Positions 24,984 to 34,157 are shown, numbered from the stretch's first letter. The stretch: DNA of 62,748 nt from Minisyncoccia bacterium (GCA_049287305.1 JBAQFO010000003.1:1-62748), one strand, 5' to 3'. Notes: generated by a model not told the origin, from the sequence alone. A program made the numbers and translations.

Positions 24984-25979
24984 TTATTTTTCGCCCAAGG
25001 TGTAGCGATTCAAGATAGCCTCAAAGATAAGAGGGGCAACAATGGTCGCGTCGGACTCAATGACGAACATCGGCGTATCTTTCGTGAGTTTGTCCCAAGT
25101 TATTTTCTCGTTTGGAGTAGCTCCCGAATACGAACCGTAAGAAGTGGTGCTGTCGGAGATTTGGCAGAAATATCCCCAAGGACGGACAGGCTTTTTCAAA
25201 TCATACTTTATGGAAGGCACTACGCATATCGGGAAATCCCCGGAAATTCCTCCTCCAATTTGGAAGAACCCTATTCCGGGACCACCTTTGGAAAGTTCTT
25301 CGTATCGGTCATAAAGATACATCATGTATTCCACTCCGCTTTTCACCACAGAAGGATTCACTTCGCCCGACTTGCAGTATCCCGCGAAAATGTTTCCGAG
25401 AGTGGAATCTTCCCAGCCCGGCACTACCATCGGCAAATTTTTCTTGGCAGCTTCCAGCAGCCAGCAATGCTCCGGATTGCCTTCGTATTTATCTTTAAGC
25501 TCGTCAGACAAGAGCAGCTGATAAAAATATTCGTGCGGAAAATACCTTTCACCTTTGGCTTCGGCATCTTTCCACTTTTTTAAAATCATGGGCTCAATAA
25601 CGCGAAAAGCTTCTTCTTCGGGAATGGAAGTATCGGTAACTCTGCGTTCTCCCCTGTTTAAAATCGCTTCGTCGTCTTCTTTGGTGAAATATCTGTAGTC
25701 GGGATAATCCTTGTAGCTATCGTGAGCAACCAAACGGAAAATAGATTCTTCTAAGTTGGCGCCGGTGCAGGAAATGGCATGAATTTTTCCTTCTTTTATC
25801 ATTGGAGCAAGAGTCACTCCCATCTGAGCTGAAGACATGGCTCCTCCCATCGCCAAAAGCATCTTGCCGCCTTCGTCCAAATGCAATTTAAACGCCACCG
25901 TCGCGTCCTTCATCTGCCGGGCGTTAAAGTTGTGAAATAGTTTTTTAAATAAGTCCAATACCGTGATTTCGTTTTTCAT
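24984..25979 (-). CDS. Deoxyhypusine synthase family protein
   Basis: 331 aa with GGAMSSAQMG, CTGANLEE and GGGISGDFP segments typical of the DHS/homospermidine synthase-like fold. Confidence 0.7.
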   Translation of the reverse strand: MKNEITVLDLFKKLFHNFNARQMKDATVAFKLHLDEGGKMLLAMGGAMSSAQMGVTLAPMIKEGKIHAISCTGANLEESIFRLVAHDSYKDYPDYRYFTKEDDEAILNRGERRVTDTSIPEEEAFRVIEPMILKKWKDAEAKGERYFPHEYFYQLLLSDELKDKYEGNPEHCWLLEAAKKNLPMVVPGWEDSTLGNIFAGYCKSGEVNPSVVKSGVEYMMYLYDRYEELSKGGPGIGFFQIGGGISGDFPICVVPSIKYDLKKPVRPWGYFCQISDSTTSYGSYSGATPNEKITWDKLTKDTPMFVIESDATIVAPLIFEAILNRYTLGEK

Positions 25980-26002
25980 AAGAGAATTATATTACAAGTG
26001 GC

Positions 26003-26125
26003 ACAAATAGAAAAGACCTCAAGAGAAGCATTGCTTTTCTATGAGGTCTTTAGCGGGACCTCTCGGTCCGCGATTGATGATGTTTCAAAACTTCCGGAGC
26101 AGGGCGGGGATGAAACCCGCCCTGC
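26003..26125 (-). terminator. Two strong hairpins downstream of GC-rich cassette 3
   Basis: GCAGGGCGGG-N7-CCCGCCCTGC lies at 26099-26125. AAGACCTCA...TGAGGTCTT lies at 26013-26050 and is followed by TTTTCTATTT on the minus strand. Confidence 0.6.
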
Positions 26126-26140
26126 GTCTCCCAGTCAACG

Positions 26141-26542
26141 TTACTCGCTGGCTGGGCCCGGTGCTCCCAGATCACGTACTTCCTGCGGAAGCCCGGGATA
26201 CTGGTACAACGGACAGGTGGCGATCAACTTCGGGCCATTGTTCGGATCCGGAGTGTTCCACCACAGCCGGGCGCCCGTGCTCCTGGGCTCATCTTTGTGA
26301 TTCAACCACCCACGGTAACGAAAGGTGTCAACGACGCCGTCCTCACCGACAGCACGCACGTACACGTAACGGGTGTGGTCGTGAAAGTAGTTGAAGACCT
26401 CACAGTCCCCAACCCGCACCGCCTTCGGTGATTCTGTTACCTTGGGTGTGTCCGAGACGAGGTTGAACCTCTCCGCCTGGACACCGCTGGCAACCGCGAA
26501 CGAGAGGACGGTGAGAACGCACAGCGTGAACAGATTCTTCAT
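26141..26542 (-). CDS. Secreted protein of unknown function (GC-rich cassette 3)
   Basis: Trimmed to the ATG at 26542, with GGAGA upstream. Signal peptide MKNLFTLCVLTVLSFAVASGVQA. Confidence 0.6.
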   Translation of the reverse strand: MKNLFTLCVLTVLSFAVASGVQAERFNLVSDTPKVTESPKAVRVGDCEVFNYFHDHTRYVYVRAVGEDGVVDTFRYRGWLNHKDEPRSTGARLWWNTPDPNNGPKLIATCPLYQYPGLPQEVRDLGAPGPASE

Positions 26543-26603
26543 AGCTTTCAATTTCTCCGTGATGCGGTAGTCTGTGCCGCACCCCACGTTGTTGTTGTGG
26601 AAA

Positions 26604-27455
26604 TTACAGAGCAATGGGACGACCGCATTTGAGACAGGGAGCCTCTTTGTGGAGGACGACCGCGTCATCGCAGTCGCACTCCTCTTCGCCGATGGCCTCC
26701 AGGGCTTCCTCGAACGAAGAGGCGGCGATTTCCTTGCGGAAAATTCGCCACACAAGAAGCAAGCTCAGTCCCGCAACTCCCACCGATGTGTAGAGATTGC
26801 CAAAACCAAGCACTGCCTCTGACAAAGAAAGCACTCCGAACCCTCCAATGACGGAGAGCTCAACATGCTTACCCCAGAAGAACCAGGTGGCCATCTGCTC
26901 GACCGACTGGAACTTCTTCCTCCGAAGGAGGCGGGCGATGACGAGAGCGGCCTGAGCCACTACCGCCACAGTGAGTCCCGCAATCGCGAACGACAGGACA
27001 ACCTCAAGGGTCGTCCAGCGCCCGGCAATTGCTTGGGCGGCTTTCGCTGGTCCGCTCCAGAGAGCGTCCCAGCTCACCGCGAGAATTGCGATGAAACGAC
27101 GGGAGTCATCCTCCCGAAGCCCCATCACTCGCGACAGCCAGGCCGAGATGCCGAAGACCGCTTCTTTCCCCGCGGCTTCGCATACAACTTCGTATACGAA
27201 AGCAAAGACAAAAGCGAATCCGACGATTCCGAGAACCGGCGAAAGAAAAGCGAACTGCTTCCCCAGCCCCCAGAACATGTAGTACCCCACCGCTGGAAAA
27301 ACGATGTGGGTCGACATGATGGGAAGTGTCCAGTTTGTCATCCGCATTGAGCGGTCGCGAAACTTGGACACCGTCGCGATCGAAACATCAATCGCGATTC
27401 CGAGCCCCATGAGCACGGAAGGAACCCAAAAACCGAAAAAATCAAACTGATTCAC
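26604..27455 (-). CDS. Polytopic membrane protein (GC-rich cassette 3) with a weak MntP/DUF204-like two-repeat pattern
   Basis: GTG start preceded by GAGGAGG. GIAIDVSIATVSKF and LAVSWDALWSG resemble the two Asp-containing DUF204 repeats. The C-terminal tail is CDCDD...CLKCG. The functional call is weak. Confidence 0.55.
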   Translation of the reverse strand: MNQFDFFGFWVPSVLMGLGIAIDVSIATVSKFRDRSMRMTNWTLPIMSTHIVFPAVGYYMFWGLGKQFAFLSPVLGIVGFAFVFAFVYEVVCEAAGKEAVFGISAWLSRVMGLREDDSRRFIAILAVSWDALWSGPAKAAQAIAGRWTTLEVVLSFAIAGLTVAVVAQAALVIARLLRRKKFQSVEQMATWFFWGKHVELSVIGGFGVLSLSEAVLGFGNLYTSVGVAGLSLLLVWRIFRKEIAASSFEEALEAIGEEECDCDDAVVLHKEAPCLKCGRPIAL

Positions 27456-27507
27456 AGTGCCTCCTCAGGGTGTGAATGCCAGATTTTAACCTGGCGGTTT
27501 ATTGTCT

Positions 27508-27525
27508 CCAGCGTGGGCACGCTGG
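27508..27525. promoter_or_regulatory. Perfect palindrome in the leader of 26604-27455
   Basis: CCAGCGTG-GG-CACGCTGG, about 55 nt upstream of the GTG start. Confidence 0.35.
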
Positions 27526-27689
27526 TAAAATTTTCAAAGAAATACCTAATTGGGGAAAGTCTAGACAGACTAACCCCATCTTTATAATTATATCACTTTT
27601 ATAGCAAAAAGTCAATGGCAAAATAGGCCTTATTTCAAAGGATTAACCCCCTGTTTGCCTTTTAGGGTCAAATATGCGATACTGGCCAT

Positions 27690-27932
27690 ATGAGTTTAGT
27701 AGCGAACTTTCTGCCATACGCGCAGATAATCCTTTCTGTAATATTGGTAGTGGCAATCTTGCTCCAGCAGTCCGGGGCGGGAGTTGGAGGCGCGCTAGGA
27801 AGCGGCGACACGGAATCTTTTCATCATTCCAGACGAGGCTTTGAAAAGTTTCTTTTTTACTTGTCTATTGCGTGCGCAATCCTTTTTGCATTATTGGCAT
27901 TATTGTCTATAATAATAAAAGCAAACAGCTAA
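27690..27932 (+). CDS. secG: Preprotein translocase subunit SecG
   Basis: IILSVILVVAILLQQSGAGVGGALGSG. Confidence 0.8.
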   Translation: MSLVANFLPYAQIILSVILVVAILLQQSGAGVGGALGSGDTESFHHSRRGFEKFLFYLSIACAILFALLALLSIIIKANS

Positions 27933-27973
27933 ACTTTGTTTTACTCGATTTAAATCGGTTTTAAATTTCTTAT

Positions 27974-29746
27974 ATGGAAAATGAGAACAGACGGATACGC
28001 CAGTTGAAATGGACTGGTAAATTTCCCAAAAAAGATGAAATCAATAAGGCTATCGCTTTGTTTTCCCAAAAGGAAAAAATGTTTTTCGGGTTGCTGGTGA
28101 TTGTCCTCATATTCAGCACGCTTGGAATTCTCCAGATGGTAAACAGGTCCCAGATGACCCAGATTCCGCTTCACGGAGGAACAATTTCCGAAGGCGTAGT
28201 GGGCACTCCGCGTTTCATAAATCCGGTCCTGGCGAGCTCACCCGCCGACCGCGACATGGTCTCGCTCGTATATTCGGGACTAATGCGTAAAGGCGCCGAC
28301 AGGAATCTTATCCCGGACCTCGCGGAAAAATATTCGGTCTCCAAGGACGGATTGGTTTACACTTTCACGCTAAAGGAAAACATGTATTTTCAAGACGAAG
28401 AACCTGTAACCGCTGATGATATTATTTTCACCATAAAGCAAGTAAAAGATTCGGTTATAAAAAGCCCCTTCACCGCAAACTGGGAGGGAGTCATGGCGCA
28501 GAAGATAGACGATAGAGTTGTGCAATTCACTTTGCGACAAGCTTCGCCGTTGTTTTTGGAAAACGCCACCCTTGGAATAATGCCCGAACACTTGTGGAAT
28601 AATTCTCCGATAGAATTAAACGACGCGAACACCAACCCAGTAGGCTCCGGTCCATACCTGATAAAAAATATGGCTCGCGAATCTTCCGGCATTATAAATT
28701 CTTACGAACTTGAATCATTTAAAAATTTCGCCCTGGGCGAGCCGTTCATAAGAGAAATAAATATGCGCTTTTATCCGAATGAGGATGCTCTAATTACGGC
28801 ACTTGAAAACCAGGAGGTAGACCAAGTAAGCTCTATAACCCCGGACAACGCCAACGCGCTTAAGGAAAAAAATTACGAGGTAGATTCTTCAGTCTTGCCC
28901 AGAGTATTCGGACTTTTCTTTAATCAGAATAAAAACCAGCTTTTCCTAGACAAGACTGTAACCAACGCCATAGATAAAATCGTGGATAAAGACAGAATTG
29001 TCCGAGAGGTGTTGCATGGATATGGAATTGCCATAGACGACCCTATTCCGCCGAACATGATTGCCTATCAAAAACTGGGAGCGGAAAATGTCTCACCCAG
29101 AAGCGAAGTAATAAAGAAAGTGGAAGAAAGTTTGGCAAAAGCCGGATGGGTAAAAGGAGAAGATGGGTTCTTGTCAAAAACTACGACAACAAAAGGCAAG
29201 AAAACCGTCGTCCCCTTGCAGTTCTCAATCTCCACGGGAAATGCTCCTGAACTCGCCAAGACAGCGGAGCTCATAAAGAATGACCTGGCCACGGTGGGAA
29301 TGAAAGTGGAAGTAAAAACCTTTGAAGTAGGCAACTTAAACCAAAGTGTGATACGCCCAAGAGATTATGAAGCTCTCTTGTTCGGACAAATAATAAATCA
29401 CGAGTCGGACCTCTTTGCTTTCTGGCACTCTTCCCAAAGGAAAGACCCAGGACTGAATGTGGCAATGTATACCAACGCCAGGGTGGATAAAATTTTAGAA
29501 GAAGCAGTTACAACCGTTGACGAACAATCCCGAATTAAAAAATACGCCGAATTTGAAAACGAAATAAAGAAAGACATGCCCGCCGTCTTTCTTTATAGCC
29601 CAAATTTCACATACGTAGTATCCCCCAACCTGAGCGGAATCTCCATTGACCATATTATCTCCCCTGGAGACCGTTTCTCAAATATTTATTCTTGGTATAC
29701 AAAAACAGAAAATGTTTGGAAAATATTTTCTAAATATCGTTCCTAA
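27974..29746 (+). CDS. ABC transporter substrate-binding protein, family 5 (peptide/nickel type)
   Basis: 590 aa with an N-terminal transmembrane helix. The length and the PRFINPVLA / NPVGSGPY motifs are typical of SBP_bac_5. Confidence 0.75.
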   Translation: MENENRRIRQLKWTGKFPKKDEINKAIALFSQKEKMFFGLLVIVLIFSTLGILQMVNRSQMTQIPLHGGTISEGVVGTPRFINPVLASSPADRDMVSLVYSGLMRKGADRNLIPDLAEKYSVSKDGLVYTFTLKENMYFQDEEPVTADDIIFTIKQVKDSVIKSPFTANWEGVMAQKIDDRVVQFTLRQASPLFLENATLGIMPEHLWNNSPIELNDANTNPVGSGPYLIKNMARESSGIINSYELESFKNFALGEPFIREINMRFYPNEDALITALENQEVDQVSSITPDNANALKEKNYEVDSSVLPRVFGLFFNQNKNQLFLDKTVTNAIDKIVDKDRIVREVLHGYGIAIDDPIPPNMIAYQKLGAENVSPRSEVIKKVEESLAKAGWVKGEDGFLSKTTTTKGKKTVVPLQFSISTGNAPELAKTAELIKNDLATVGMKVEVKTFEVGNLNQSVIRPRDYEALLFGQIINHESDLFAFWHSSQRKDPGLNVAMYTNARVDKILEEAVTTVDEQSRIKKYAEFENEIKKDMPAVFLYSPNFTYVVSPNLSGISIDHIISPGDRFSNIYSWYTKTENVWKIFSKYRS

Positions 29747-29799
29747 TCTATCTCGCGTTAAATTAAAACTATTAACTATTATAAGAACAACAAATAAAA

Positions 29800-31800
29800 A
29801 TGACCAAAAAAACCAGACTATCTTTTAGTTCTATTACCACTTCTAATAACGACTCTGCAAGCGCTCCGTCCCAACCACACGCAAATGGAGGAAACAGCGG
29901 AGAAAACAGAAGTGAGCACCGAACAGAACGTCCGAGCGGCAGCGGACACCGAGCTCCCGCGAGAAAACATCAAAGCAAAAGCTCCACCTACCAATACGCC
30001 AAGAAAAGATTCGGGCCGAGCAAGTCTTCTTCCCGCCCATATGACTCGGGGAAAAATGCCCAAAGAACCACAAAAAGCACCAACATCCCTCCTCCCGAGA
30101 AAGGTGTAATCCGAATTATTCCCTTAGGCGGAGTGGAGGAAATAGGCAAGAACATGACCGCCATAGAAATAGACGACGACATAATAGTCATTGACGCCGG
30201 AATGCACTTCGCCAACGAAGCAACTCCCGGAATAGATTATGTTATCCCGAACACAACTTATTTGGAAGAACGCAAAGAAAAAATTCGCGCGCTGTTCATA
30301 ACCCACGGACACCTAGACCACATCGGAGGAGTGCCTCTCGTTCTCTCCCGTATAGGCAATCCTCCCGTTTACTCCCGAAACCTTTCCGTCCTTATGATGC
30401 GCAAGAGGCAAGCGGAATTTCCGCATTTGCCGGCAATGAAAGATATAATCGTGGAGAGAGACGACGTTATAACCGTTGGGAAAATAAAGGTAAGATTCTT
30501 CGGCGTTACCCACACCATCCCCGACTCCATGGGAATAATCATAGAGACCGAACATGGTTGGATTGTGACTCCCGGAGACTACAAGCTAGACCAGATAGAC
30601 GGCATCGTAACCAAAAATGAGGAAAAAGAATATTCGATTTTTGACAAAGCAAAAGTGTTACTGCTTTTAACCGATTCCACCAACATAGAAAATGAAGGAT
30701 TCTCTCTGCCTGAAATAAAAGTCCACCAAGGATTGGAAAACTTGATAAAAAGAATCCCTGGGCGCATAATCATCGCCGCTTTCGCTTCGCATATAACTCG
30801 TCTCGCCCACGTGGTTAAAACCGCCGAGGCGCTGGGTAAAAAAATAGCGCTCGACGGGCGTTCCATGAAAACCAACATTGAAGTAGCCATAGAGGCGGGA
30901 TTTTTTGAACCAAAAAAAGGCACCATTATTTCCATAGAAGAGGCGGGCAATTACCCTCCTAACAAAGTCGTCGTGCTCATGACCGGAGCCCAGGGAGAAG
31001 AATTCGCTTCGCTTAACCGCGCGGCCAACAAGACCCACACCAAGTTTTCATTACAAAAAGGAGATACTATAATTCTCTCAGCTTCTATCGTGCCTGGAAA
31101 CGAGAGAGCCGTGGAAAGAATGAAGGACGGACTGGCGCGTCAAGGAGTGCGAGTCATCAGCTACCGAACAGCGGGAGAAGATTTCGTTCACGCCACGGGA
31201 CACGGAAACAAGGAAGACGTAAAATGGCTACACCGAAAAACTCATCCGAAGTTCTTTATCCCTATCCATGGAAACCACTATCGTCTAGTGCTTCACAAGG
31301 AGCTCGCGATAGAAGTGGGCATGCCTGAAGAAAACGTAGTTGTTCCGGACAACGGTTCTATTATTGAAATCTCGGCTGATGGAGGAAAAATGGTATTACG
31401 AAAAGAAAAAGCTCCGAGCGGAGCAATGCTCGTGGACGGAGTTTCTATTTCCGATACCCAAGACGTGGTCATCCGAGACCGCGTGATGCTGGCCCAGGAC
31501 GGAATGTTTGTCATTATCGCTCTGGTTGACCAGAAAACCGGAAAATTAAAGAAATCTCCCGACCTCATTTCTCGCGGATTTGTTTACTTGAAAGAAAACC
31601 AGGAACTCTTGAGACAAGTAAGAATAATAATCAAAAAATCCATAGAAGATTCAACAGCCAACATGCCGTCGCTCGCATCCACTCAGGGTCAGATGGATTT
31701 CGACAACATCAAAGCATCTCTTGGAGAAAATATATCTAAATTCTTGTATCAGAAAACCGCAAAAAGACCTCTTGTAATTCCGGTAATATTGAGCGTATAA
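29800..31800 (+). CDS. rnj: Ribonuclease J with a ~95-aa basic low-complexity N-terminal extension
   Basis: ITHGHLDHIGG metallo-beta-lactamase motif, a beta-CASP region and HATGHG. Confidence 0.9.
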   Translation: MTKKTRLSFSSITTSNNDSASAPSQPHANGGNSGENRSEHRTERPSGSGHRAPARKHQSKSSTYQYAKKRFGPSKSSSRPYDSGKNAQRTTKSTNIPPPEKGVIRIIPLGGVEEIGKNMTAIEIDDDIIVIDAGMHFANEATPGIDYVIPNTTYLEERKEKIRALFITHGHLDHIGGVPLVLSRIGNPPVYSRNLSVLMMRKRQAEFPHLPAMKDIIVERDDVITVGKIKVRFFGVTHTIPDSMGIIIETEHGWIVTPGDYKLDQIDGIVTKNEEKEYSIFDKAKVLLLLTDSTNIENEGFSLPEIKVHQGLENLIKRIPGRIIIAAFASHITRLAHVVKTAEALGKKIALDGRSMKTNIEVAIEAGFFEPKKGTIISIEEAGNYPPNKVVVLMTGAQGEEFASLNRAANKTHTKFSLQKGDTIILSASIVPGNERAVERMKDGLARQGVRVISYRTAGEDFVHATGHGNKEDVKWLHRKTHPKFFIPIHGNHYRLVLHKELAIEVGMPEENVVVPDNGSIIEISADGGKMVLRKEKAPSGAMLVDGVSISDTQDVVIRDRVMLAQDGMFVIIALVDQKTGKLKKSPDLISRGFVYLKENQELLRQVRIIIKKSIEDSTANMPSLASTQGQMDFDNIKASLGENISKFLYQKTAKRPLVIPVILSV

Positions 31801-31803
31801 GAT

Positions 31804-32955
31804 ATGAACCATAGCCGAAAAATAATATATTTAGCGGGTTTCTTGTTTTCGCTTCCAATTGCGCTCATGATTTATATCAACTCGAGCTTTCTTTCGTCGT
31901 TCATCGGCGAGGAGTCAATGGGCTTAACATACGCGCTAGCTTCAATTGTTTCAATAATCGCTCTCTTGGTAGCCCCGAAAATATTCAGGAGAACTGGTGG
32001 ACATAAATTTTTGCTTCTAGTGATTGCCTTTGATATATTATCTATTCTATTTTTTGCGTTTTCAAAAAATGCCTGGAGTGCTGTTCCCATATTTGCAATC
32101 GGCTTTGCTCTAAATACCTTGATCGTTTTTTCTCTAGATGAGCTCTTGAAAATATTTTCAAAGGATTCTAAAACCGGAAGAATCCGCGGAATATATATCA
32201 CGATAGTCCACCTCGCTTTCATATCGTCGCAACTCCTCTTGGGAACCATTTTTGGACCTTTCTCTTTCAAGACAATCTACCTTATCGCTGCCAGCTTAAT
32301 GATGGCATTCTTTGCTCTTGCTTTCTTTGGTCTTAAAAACACACCCGATCCTAAGTATGACAATATGAAGACTTTACAATACGTAAAGAAATTTTTTGGA
32401 AACAGAAACCTGTTTCGGGTATATGGTATAAACTTTCTGCTACAATTTTTCTATGCTTGGATGGTAATCTACACACCGATATACCTATATGTCCACCTCG
32501 GCTTTTCCTGGAAGGAGCTCGGTATAATATTTGCCATAATGCTTACACCATTTGTAATTATTCCGATTCAATTGGGCAAATATTCCGACAAAATCGGTGA
32601 AAGAAAAATACTTATGTTTGGATTCGCGATAGTTTCAATATTTACTCTATCTCTCTTCTTCATCCAAGCGCACCTGGTTTGGCTATGGGCAATACTGTTG
32701 TTTACCACCAGAATTGGCGCCGCCACAATCGATGTAATGAGCGACGCTTATTTTTTCAAACATATCAAACCGGAAAATGAAGAGTTCGTTGGAGTTTATC
32801 GAAGCGCACCGCCTCTTTCCTTCATAATCGGTCCAGTCGTTGCTTCGGCAGTTCTACTCCTTGTCCCCTCTTTTAATTTTATATATCTCATCTTAGGAGG
32901 ATTCATGCTCTATGGAGTTTATTTGTCTTCCACCATCAGAAAAAGTGATAGTTAA
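31804..32955 (+). CDS. MFS transporter
   Basis: About 12 transmembrane helices in two six-helix halves. Confidence 0.7.
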   Translation: MNHSRKIIYLAGFLFSLPIALMIYINSSFLSSFIGEESMGLTYALASIVSIIALLVAPKIFRRTGGHKFLLLVIAFDILSILFFAFSKNAWSAVPIFAIGFALNTLIVFSLDELLKIFSKDSKTGRIRGIYITIVHLAFISSQLLLGTIFGPFSFKTIYLIAASLMMAFFALAFFGLKNTPDPKYDNMKTLQYVKKFFGNRNLFRVYGINFLLQFFYAWMVIYTPIYLYVHLGFSWKELGIIFAIMLTPFVIIPIQLGKYSDKIGERKILMFGFAIVSIFTLSLFFIQAHLVWLWAILLFTTRIGAATIDVMSDAYFFKHIKPENEEFVGVYRSAPPLSFIIGPVVASAVLLLVPSFNFIYLILGGFMLYGVYLSSTIRKSDS

Positions 32956-33401
32956 GATTTTTTCAGCAAGTGGTTTTTGTAAATTTTCTCTTTATATGGT
33001 TTTAGGCGCGCGATTTTTACCTTTAAACCTTTGTCTTTTAATTCCTTTTTCAAATTTTTCACATAAGCTTTCTGGTCATAGCCCAAGGCGACAATGTCCG
33101 GCCGTTCTTTTACGATATGAGGGATATGATTCGTTCTACCGGACAAAATAACCTTATCAACCAATTTGCTTTTCCTGACCAAGTCCGCTCGTGCTTGTTC
33201 GTTTTTTCGCGTATTAGTCCCTTTTATTTTAAAAACATTTTTATCGCGAGCGATTGAAACAATCAAATACGCTTCCCGCGCGAGAGCCCGAGCTTGCTTG
33301 AAAAAATTCAAATGTCCCAAATGCAAACCATCGAAGGTTCCAAAAACCATTATTTTCTTGGGTTTTTCCGGACTTTTCTTTTCCACAGGCTTTTTTGACA
33401 T
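32952..33401 (-). CDS. Cytidylyltransferase-like nucleotidyltransferase (FAD synthetase/RibL-like)
   Basis: VFGTFDGLHLGHLNFF (the HxGH motif). Trimmed to the ATG at 33401. Confidence 0.65.
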   Translation of the reverse strand: MSKKPVEKKSPEKPKKIMVFGTFDGLHLGHLNFFKQARALAREAYLIVSIARDKNVFKIKGTNTRKNEQARADLVRKSKLVDKVILSGRTNHIPHIVKERPDIVALGYDQKAYVKNLKKELKDKGLKVKIARLKPYKEKIYKNHLLKKS

Positions 33402-33422
33402 AACTTGCAATAAGTATATACT
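33395..33422 (+). promoter_or_regulatory. Strong sigma70-type promoter for the DUF4430 operon
   Basis: TTGACA (33395-33400), a 16-nt spacer, then TATACT (33417-33422). This implies a ~230-nt 5' UTR. Confidence 0.6.
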
Positions 33423-33429
33423 AAAAGAG

Positions 33430-33661
33430 TTCTTCTTAAAAATTTAGAGAAGTGATTGGGGAAACTGGTGACCTGCCTCGCGCTCATGCGCGAGTCAAGG
33501 CGGGAATTCCAGTACAGTGCCGCTACGGTAAGCCCTGCGTTTAATCGCAAGGACAAGTCCGACTACCAATCATTTAATGTTTAGTCCCGAGCAGGATAAT
33601 CCTTCATCATTGTATTTTGAAGGCCCCACAATTCTGCTCCAAAGGCGGATTTTTTTATTTT
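33430..33661 (+). promoter_or_regulatory. Structured 5' leader, a candidate riboswitch (cobalamin-like motifs, unconfirmed)
   Basis: Nested stems are TGATTGG (33453-33459)/CCAATCA (33566-33572), ACTGG (33464)/CCAGT (33509), CCTGCC (33472)/GGCGGG (33499) and the hairpin TCGCGC-TCAT-GCGCGA. GGGAA and CCGCTACGGTAA (33520-33531) resemble the cobalamin riboswitch core. Confidence 0.4.
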
Positions 33662-34156
33662 ATGTCTAAAAACTACAAAAAATTATATATAGGAATTTTA
33701 ATTACATTATGTTTTTCAGCTTTCCTGCTAATTTTCAAGTCTTCTCCCCTGGAAATTAAAAATGCCCAGCAAGCAGAAACACCCATAGTTATATCTCCAG
33801 CTCCTACCCCTTCTATAAAAGAGAGCGCAGTAAATAAAGCCGAGCCCAAAGAGCTATCGGCGCCTTTAAATAACACAGAAAATATAACCGTTATTGCAGG
33901 AGAAGAAAAAATAAGCTTATCAGTTGCGCCAAATACAACTTTTTATGATGCTTTAGTAGAGGCAGAGAATATTGGGAAATTAGCATTTTCAGGAAAGAAA
34001 TATCCGGGTCTTGGGTTTTTTGTAACTGATATTGGAACTCTCCATGCCGGAGAGGGTCTTGACCTGCTTTATTATGTTAACGGCAAAGAGGCGACTGTCG
34101 GCGTTTCTGGCTATATGCTCCAAGACGGAGATATCCTTGAATGGAAATTAGAATAA
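33662..34156 (+). CDS. DUF4430 domain protein (transcobalamin beta-domain-like), secreted or anchored
   Basis: Trimmed to the ATG at 33662. N-terminal transmembrane helix. GLGFFVTDIG...YYVNGKEATVGVSGYMLQDGDILEW. Confidence 0.7.
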   Translation: MSKNYKKLYIGILITLCFSAFLLIFKSSPLEIKNAQQAETPIVISPAPTPSIKESAVNKAEPKELSAPLNNTENITVIAGEEKISLSVAPNTTFYDALVEAENIGKLAFSGKKYPGLGFFVTDIGTLHAGEGLDLLYYVNGKEATVGVSGYMLQDGDILEWKLE

Positions 34157-34157
34157 T

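Noticed and set aside
26865-27350. Plus-strand ORFs (161 aa, 103 aa) and minus-strand alternate-frame ORFs inside GC-rich cassette 3. This includes the 5' extension of 26141-26755.
   Set aside because: This is the same GC artefact. They are antisense to a convincing polytopic membrane protein. The extension of the secreted-protein ORF upstream of the ATG at 26542 overlaps the neighbouring gene and lacks a Shine-Dalgarno site.
27456-27620. A possible yybP-ykoY (Mn2+) riboswitch upstream of the MntP-like membrane protein.
   Set aside because: AAAGATGGGGTTAGTC loosely resembles the AAAGGGGAGTAG start of the motif. However, the putative closing CCCC follows after only ~14 nt, with no four-helix architecture and no conserved GTTGACATA or AGCAAGACC elements.
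33445-33615. The structured element considered as tmRNA, SRP RNA, RNase P RNA, or (on the minus strand) an FMN riboswitch for the RibL-like gene.
   Set aside because: There is no T-arm/acceptor for tmRNA, no GNAR-capped GGAAGCAGC domain IV for SRP, no GGAAAGTCCGG P4 for RNase P, and the element is too short for any of these. The RFN consensus blocks are absent. The minus-strand gene has a promoter-like TATACT only 11 nt from its ATG, which puts the element outside its transcript.
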